Origin: Planctomycetaceae bacterium
GTDB lineage: Bacteria > Planctomycetota > Planctomycetia > Pirellulales > Pirellulaceae
Assembly (NCBI GenBank): GCA_024642205.1
Contig: JAHEBQ010000032.1
Location: forward strand, 1,129 to 65,128
DNA: 64,000 nucleotides
Reading direction: 5' to 3'
A program made the translations under genes and the position numbers. The notes beneath the pieces are model-generated. The model saw nothing but the letters and a program-made list of their open reading frames with translations. It was not told where the DNA came from and did no database searches. This document shows positions 60,601 through 64,000 of this stretch, in pieces. The first letter of the stretch is position 1, and each line of letters opens with the position of its first letter.

Positions 60601-63600
60601 AGCTTGAATAATGTTGCCTCCGTCTTTGTCTACGATGACAACTCACTGGAGGGGACGGAATATGTCAAGATCGGCCTGGACGCCGCCGTTGGCGATTCCG
60701 ATATCACGATTGTGGCACCGAATGTTGACATGGAAAACATGGGTGTTGTCAAGATTATCGACAACGAATCGGCGGAAGTTCACTTTGGTTTCAAAGAGGG
60801 CGATCGACTCGATGGCAAGGAACGAGATGGTTCCGTCGACGAGCCGTTGGCACCCGGCAAATTTACGCTCAGCCTGACGCGGACCAGTACCACCGACACG
60901 ACGGTGACCTTTATGGTCGCACCAGGCACCGATGCCGAGCTAAATGATTACACGCTCTCGACGATGAACGCAAGCAACATGCTGACCGATCTTGGTGGTG
61001 GCATGTGGTCGATCAAGATTCTCAAGAATCAGAAATCGGTCATGGTCAATGTAAACGTGAATGATGACAACGTAGTCGAAGTTGACGAAAACCTGAACTT
61101 GAAGATTGTGAGTGTGGTTTCGGGCAACCCGACGGCGAACATTGGTATCGGTTTGCCAAACACGGAAACCGTCACGATTTTTGACGACGATGTGGCCAAA
61201 GTCATTATTGTCGGAACTCAGGACGCGATGGAATCGACTCAGCCCGGCGAAGCTCCTGGCCAGTCCGGTGAATTCAAGGTCTCGCTGGTCGATCTCGATG
61301 GCAACATGATTACCAGTGAAACCTCGACCACGGTCAAAGTGGATGTCGTGTCCGCTGTTTCGGGAACCAATGCGACCTACGGTCAGGATTACATCATCCC
61401 GGGCGCCGTTGAATCCTCGCCCGGTTCTGGTGACTGGCATGTCATTCTCACGTTTGCTCCCGGTGAGTCGATGAAGACGTTAACCGTCCAGTTGCTCGGC
61501 GAAACTCCTCCCGATGGCAATCCCAACACGCCAGAAATCGACATGGGCGAAGAGTTTGTCAAACTGATGCTGGATCCGAACTACGCTCCAATTGCATCCG
61601 GCGGCGATGGTGTCATCGGTGACAACCAGATCCAGCTCGATGTGATGGTACCCGAGGGAGAAGGTCAGGCAGGCTACATTGATTTTGTCTGGGACGATGG
61701 CTCACCTTGCATCGACTTCCAGGTTCCTGGAATGGGCATGAACATGGACGAAATTCAGATCGTCGATGAAACCTTCAAGGTCAATATCTTCGCCAACGAA
61801 GAGAATGGCAGCGAACCGGGTACATTGCCTCTGGGCTCCGGTGAGAACGGCCAATTCCAGGTGACGATCAACAGTCCTTGGAACTTCGGTGATACGATTG
61901 TCAACTACACGATCTCCGGAACAGCCACCACCGCGTCGCTTGCCTCAGGGGCGCTGGACCCGGCCGATTACGAGGATCTGGTTGGATACGATCCATCAAA
62001 TCCAGACTTTGTCTTGGTCTCGATCGATGGCCAGGTAGTCATTCCTGCGGGAGCTGATCACGTCAACATCGATGTGACGGTCCTGGACGATCAATTGATC
62101 GAATTGTTGGAAAACGTCACCGTTACGCTACAAGGTTTCGACTACGAAACAACAACCGGACCGGAAGGCTCGGGAATGGTCGAAAACGCACCAGTCGGTG
62201 TTTACGGCTACCGATGTTTCGTAACCGATTTCCCATCCGCGACGGTCTATATCGCGGATGACGACACCGCGGTCGTTACACCGAACGTGGTTCAAAACGC
62301 GATGGAGCCCGATAACGGTGTCAGCGATCCAGTTAATGACAACGGTCAGATCACGATCAAGTTGCTCGAAGACGGCACTCCGATCATTAGTGATCAACCG
62401 ACGTTGGTGTCATTCGCGATCACGGGTGATGCGATTCTCGGCGGATCAACTCTGGCGGGAGCCGATTACAAACTCGTACTCGATGCCAGCACCGACGGCG
62501 GCGAAGGCTTTGTCCTTACCTATAACGAGGCCACCGGCTTGGGAACCGTTTTGATTCCTGCAGGTGAATCGTGTGTCAAGATCAATGTCATGACGCTTGA
62601 CGACATCATCATCGAGGATGACGAATCGGTCATCCTGACAGTGACCGCTGTCAGTAACGCCGTCAATAATCAACCCGATCAACCCGACCAGATCACGATC
62701 CCTGGTTCACCGGATAACGCCGTGGAAGTCACGATCGCTGACAAGGATGAAGGATTGTTGAAACTGGTCAAGCTGGATGTTTCCGGCAAAGAACCGGGCG
62801 GATTGAATCCGGATGCTTCATTCAGTGTCTACCTCGTTGATGCGGACGGTTCGGGAACGCTGCTGGTCAGTGATTCGGATACCGATGTGACCTACGAAGT
62901 CAAGGACAGCAGCACGGCGACTCCCGATGTCGACTATGTAGCTTTGAGCGGCATGGTCCAAATCCCTGCCTTCACCGGCGGTCTTGGTGTTACGCCAACG
63001 ACTGGCTTCGGTGGCGACGGTCAGGGCGTGATCGAAGTCCACGTGCTGAATGATCTGGAAGTCGAACTCACCGAAACGGTCGCTGTCAACGCCACGGGTG
63101 TTGCCGACAGTGAAGGTGTCCGGTCGATCGAACTGCACTCGATGCCGTCGATGTTGATGGATTCCGTCAACATTCTCGACAACGACACGGCTTTGGTCTC
63201 CATCAAGAGCGATTCAACCAATGCAGACAACGATGTCCGTGAAGGCAATCCTGGTGCTCCGAACAACGGTAAGTTCGAAGTCTTGATGAACAAGATCAGC
63301 ACGACCGATACGGTTGTGACCTTCATGGTGGTCGATGCAGAAACCACGGCCACTTATGGTGCCGGTGTCGGCGGCGACTATACGCTGTCCGGTGCCACCA
63401 CCGTGATTTCTCCGATCATGGGAACGGTCACAATTCTGGCCGGGCAACAATCGGCCATCATCGACTTGACGACCACCAACGACCTGACCCAGGAATCGCT
63501 GGAGAACGTTACGGTCAAAGTTGTGTCGACGAACAATTCGGTCATCACGGTTGATGGTTCGATGGCAAAAGCCACGATTTCGATCAAAGACGATGATTTC

Positions 63601-64000
63601 CCGACCTTCACCGTGTCCGGTGTTGGGGGTGCAATGGCTATGGCCGACGAAGGCGATGGATACATTACCTTCGAAATTACATTGAGCGAACCGATCGACG
63701 AAGATGTTTCGGTATTCCTGGAGTTGGTTGACAACACGGCGACTGGATACTTCGGCGACGGACAGGGCAATGGAACGGGCGGCGATACCAGTACTTCGGA
63801 CCAAGACTATGACCGGTCCAATACGAATCCATCGGTAACGTTCCTTGCCAATGGTGCCAACGGTTTGGTTCAGACCATCATGGTTGATATCACCGATGAC
63901 ATCTGGGTCGAGAACCACGAGTCGTTCTTTGCAAACATGATTGTCGATGGTGCTTCCACTGAAGGAATGACGGCCGGTGGACTCGAGATCAACGTGATCA
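51622..64000 (+). CDS. Giant extracellular adhesin-like protein (>4100 aa, 3' truncated): LEPR-xLL motif, many Calx-beta repeats, PPC-like, beta-propeller and YWTD domains
   Basis: Frame open from ATG 51622 (GAGG RBS) to the window end; GYENLEPRQLLA at 51934-51969; repeated TATxGxDY / IPAG / DDxxxExxExVxxxL Calx-beta motifs; absent from ORF track, consistent with no stop codon in window (frame checked by spot translation). Confidence 0.9.
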   Translation, partial: MFRRNSRLFSSISRHSRRAAKALLRTHRSDAKWMASYRERQSRVARWKSAFSFVPLNLSRFRAFWAAMTTLVARMIPTVRVPAAVSKGRNTNGSRAGLKLANAMGYENLEPRQLLAALPLNGGFESVFTGTTDDWHSHGGSSGQSGSVSDYLNRITPQLTEGSYKGVINIGGNLDSVDYGNTAFSDVYSSDHFSGVMGADFSLEYDFSAYSDRGGYSATLVGPSTSIVLKAMSSSEFASGTGESGTYSGLLPETGEFHFEFQVAAHDATNGGAIGARLYLDDVKVNSPPATTFDTLVTGSYTEATWPGMIDGTSTDPDTPTEFDSIASVDLTITKSTGETWDDGLGMWTAAPTSTTITGGASPLSWSEAFPFSNFKSSLGGGADIYTIVANATDSNGLTETTATAVVTIVLNADITAATPGAYVDNGGIAGGSDTLTTTSTNPTLTISDISASPILGGGKNIILDNTSGLGTPGTYDPGIDGVYFVANPTLGASFSSSLSGFGITSALPIDTTTYDLYEQNAAINLAAGQPFVGALLSDAIEIKVVPTLTFGVNETGPQEDLLPSITLINSQVTFSLDVASATDTTITYMIGMAGDTATAGVDYEVDPSDENFNFATSDPNIVPVPYPTLAGGAYMGTLIIKAGVTELKLDINMKPDLIYEGNEKFTVKVVSVDCADDASSPIEVTILDNEDGSEVSIMALDNIAAESFQFPMGNSLNVNGSDSGNPIFTDDIVSNDNGGTSVDMVQDAFEAPVGGGENSIYITQSLADALGTPTEEGLPNGGMFGANAFGPGAVLSYNDNNDGVNARLTSGEIPDVFRFDVLDQEYSEIHLFGAAADGRAQVSVRFYYTDGTSALVTHTFEDWRASISESTDLYNLVSGRDTSDTAGGVLGDTEDVNIYGSIYYPNPLRTLKFVEVSVNTSATDLSGNPFDGGTFAFLGASGVTAKGTMGQYAVKLDVALDEDLVVDIDTTTGDAVNGLDYYLSVEGDPVNFPGVFDVDLPSTSTVQVTIPAGQLQRLVKLTVIDDMIIEGGFGDPGFGHEDATLTIDAISAIPVVPNQPTIDTTEATVTICDDDEGKVRIETIKDAAEPDVSGKIKVTLDKKNTTQTGETTSSSDTLIMVDVGGEALPGVDYQTSITSTNGTSVATAQRVDGFWSRKFDPDIASPTSWVHNTVRSVATGGKEFYEVVLYADGKIRVDIDHTNGFDSHVRILGATAVFGNNNSAVTDGAGGSTSPLDSFGTTGVLTAGTYYIEVSRHTGPDTDPTNSARTSVLQAGDEYTLQISIENNEEGILIPAGQTMTMFNIDPIDDDIVEGGLVNNPGSEDVVFTMTGFKSQADGDIMVMQAMSSTTVDIVDDDDATLKITGTQNGHEDPEYTDPLVSVDGKFTLTLSDESSTDTKVKFKIDNFKNTPAPPTPGTEDIPDEATYGYDYTLSGTDSSGNPVAFTVFTSGANKGYGFITIPAGETEVCINVNVINDNFLEDDEFVRIDVVVSGDNVLDPNIMVMPAAAGIPTVLIGDEDLAEVAINNTVGAVEGGQKGVFTVSLTPVQSPSNPVPTPRTSDSHTDVEFMLMFADTAPQAQLPAGLEDGSIPDPSDYFHITVGEGNVISYDSSTGIGVVRIPAYSASGKILVTAVDDTMVEPTEWIKIKLTEVIDADSDVVGVKAGFDSAEIPLYDNDEAFVKIERIHDGKEPDMDGQFKVTLVNAAGQMVTTGTDVVVYYDTLDSSTAQAGAAPGDGFNIDYETLPGEVTILAGDSMAFINVHVLDDIVNEFDETVDVQLTGTDNPDQISVQTMNGMDQATVLIQDNDSVVVMIEASDAMAREASDHGQFKLSLVNPNGGGPAISDGPIVVNVDVVLGMGPNADAIEGEDYELYVNGELTHTVTFGPFETMAFVDVVVLNDAIPEWSTEQVKLAVSYVSSNWSLCSTVTADDGTAIVDIKADPAVTVDFYNMMGTEGSDTNPSFIVQLPEISGGPMDGQYNLADGDLTVTYTVFVGDPVNYGTPGADYTTLTGTVVIPQADGYAIFEVEMLDDMTIERDEYVSIMLESVAPTVGTGDPNDADVKIQKDLYGLRENGRYLSTIDPNTGMEQESFAISMVDGRTNGDIDGGEGLAVDPTTWKLYAVLEFDGTYELVTIDPATGLATTVGVLGTDGSDPGDFNIDDIAFDASGNLFGITNNDAGPTSANQLFSIDKNTAAVTTASAVLTGSEQTIAYSPVDMKLHHVANNGNPGYETLGPATGIPLWGSSPSSFSTNVTAMVHAQTGNFDGDFFFASDENGYFYTVTVADFDNADGDDDPTTGTLEYSVENQGLTYYNEEGLAFLKSNAAVKIKDNDSGFIEVKAKQNKGDDLQDGSVDTGFNVTIKKFVDGQANDPTISSTDTTVKFMVMDTATPFLGDQTEDEGQSSTGQDIDTYGSMYGGYGGANNWSLNGAGVPHTVVNGVGDATSDMYTFTVLNDGDAVDIMATGPVSAMQLEMVGGSVVGTGGSSISIAHGVLSAGTYKLTVVASVGADYSVDVAVENHLIADYVLTSDNELVFDESTGLWCITIPAGEESVMVNVEVFNDTQIEETEEVSLWLKTVSDGDEDISTGQIYFAQNEYYYYYGPGNNPGIGRVDVGGSGLTEIVDTQYYNGYYSAPWGVSIDQAEGKVYWSEGRSDYYGYSGYQTGIWRSNLDGSDVELIYGTPVSPHGLQVVGDQVYWVDNTSAEIFRINKDGSGSAQLIVDVNFYQDAYYYGYAQNLTDIAVDNVHGRIYWTSQDSFGSRISSSKLDGTDVKVVLNNTDVYYPSSIDLDVAGGKMYWSDEYYGVRRANLDGTSVESVAYGNYYSAHGVDLDLMNGFVYWTEGSNSSSSIYRANLNGPLPTSGELVSSTLFYGNQGSEEPQHLDLLIPTMIHATVEICDHDLGEVYVVSDNTEMEAMVDPASENPLNHKDIVLGLRDPVTLTPVTSQTYTQVNYTYKAESTATNGSDHAFLPGSTYFMPGQSSAVLFNSLNNVASVFVYDDNSLEGTEYVKIGLDAAVGDSDITIVAPNVDMENMGVVKIIDNESAEVHFGFKEGDRLDGKERDGSVDEPLAPGKFTLSLTRTSTTDTTVTFMVAPGTDAELNDYTLSTMNASNMLTDLGGGMWSIKILKNQKSVMVNVNVNDDNVVEVDENLNLKIVSVVSGNPTANIGIGLPNTETVTIFDDDVAKVIIVGTQDAMESTQPGEAPGQSGEFKVSLVDLDGNMITSETSTTVKVDVVSAVSGTNATYGQDYIIPGAVESSPGSGDWHVILTFAPGESMKTLTVQLLGETPPDGNPNTPEIDMGEEFVKLMLDPNYAPIASGGDGVIGDNQIQLDVMVPEGEGQAGYIDFVWDDGSPCIDFQVPGMGMNMDEIQIVDETFKVNIFANEENGSEPGTLPLGSGENGQFQVTINSPWNFGDTIVNYTISGTATTASLASGALDPADYEDLVGYDPSNPDFVLVSIDGQVVIPAGADHVNIDVTVLDDQLIELLENVTVTLQGFDYETTTGPEGSGMVENAPVGVYGYRCFVTDFPSATVYIADDDTAVVTPNVVQNAMEPDNGVSDPVNDNGQITIKLLEDGTPIISDQPTLVSFAITGDAILGGSTLAGADYKLVLDASTDGGEGFVLTYNEATGLGTVLIPAGESCVKINVMTLDDIIIEDDESVILTVTAVSNAVNNQPDQPDQITIPGSPDNAVEVTIADKDEGLLKLVKLDVSGKEPGGLNPDASFSVYLVDADGSGTLLVSDSDTDVTYEVKDSSTATPDVDYVALSGMVQIPAFTGGLGVTPTTGFGGDGQGVIEVHVLNDLEVELTETVAVNATGVADSEGVRSIELHSMPSMLMDSVNILDNDTALVSIKSDSTNADNDVREGNPGAPNNGKFEVLMNKISTTDTVVTFMVVDAETTATYGAGVGGDYTLSGATTVISPIMGTVTILAGQQSAIIDLTTTNDLTQESLENVTVKVVSTNNSVITVDGSMAKATISIKDDDFPTFTVSGVGGAMAMADEGDGYITFEITLSEPIDEDVSVFLELVDNTATGYFGDGQGNGTGGDTSTSDQDYDRSNTNPSVTFLANGANGLVQTIMVDITDDIWVENHESFFANMIVDGASTEGMTAGGLEINVI

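Noticed and set aside
1-64000. Genome-wide UGA reassignment (code 4 or 25)
   Set aside because: Many genes end at natural C-termini with TGA (SSS, lctP, glcD, MoaD-like SGG, PFTB LPIYER), so UGA is a normal stop here

Overview
64 kb of a planctomycete (Pirellulaceae-like) chromosome, judged from the LEPR-xLL giant protein, PSD1/DUF1501 pair, four Cys-type sulfatases and a Rhodopirellula-type IS remnant. Left two-thirds: glycan/sulfate scavenging and envelope genes (sialidase end, two sodium:solute symporters, sulfatases including a DUF1080-sulfatase fusion, beta-propellers, TPR-PhoD), a lctP-glcDEF operon with a divergent class V aminotransferase, and a MoaD-like ubiquitin-fold + BNR-propeller pair. 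Top finding: the two adjacent minus-strand ORFs 47276..49948 and 46637..47239 are one reading frame broken only by two in-frame TGA codons five codons apart (G-P-G-*-K-G-G-S-*-P-G), followed by a stem-loop with bacterial SECIS geometry. This is a candidate 1103-aa membrane-anchored selenoprotein with a U-x4-U motif, co-oriented with a prenyltransferase-repeat protein and a large thioredoxin (TlpA)-domain protein. It is bracketed by two inverted copies of a ~485-bp non-coding REPIN/MITE-like element that occurs three times in the window. The last 12.4 kb is a single >4100-aa Calx-beta adhesin ORF missing from the ORF track (no stop in window), with passenger domains nested inside its Calx-beta folds. 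All family assignments are by motif recognition only; no searches were run.
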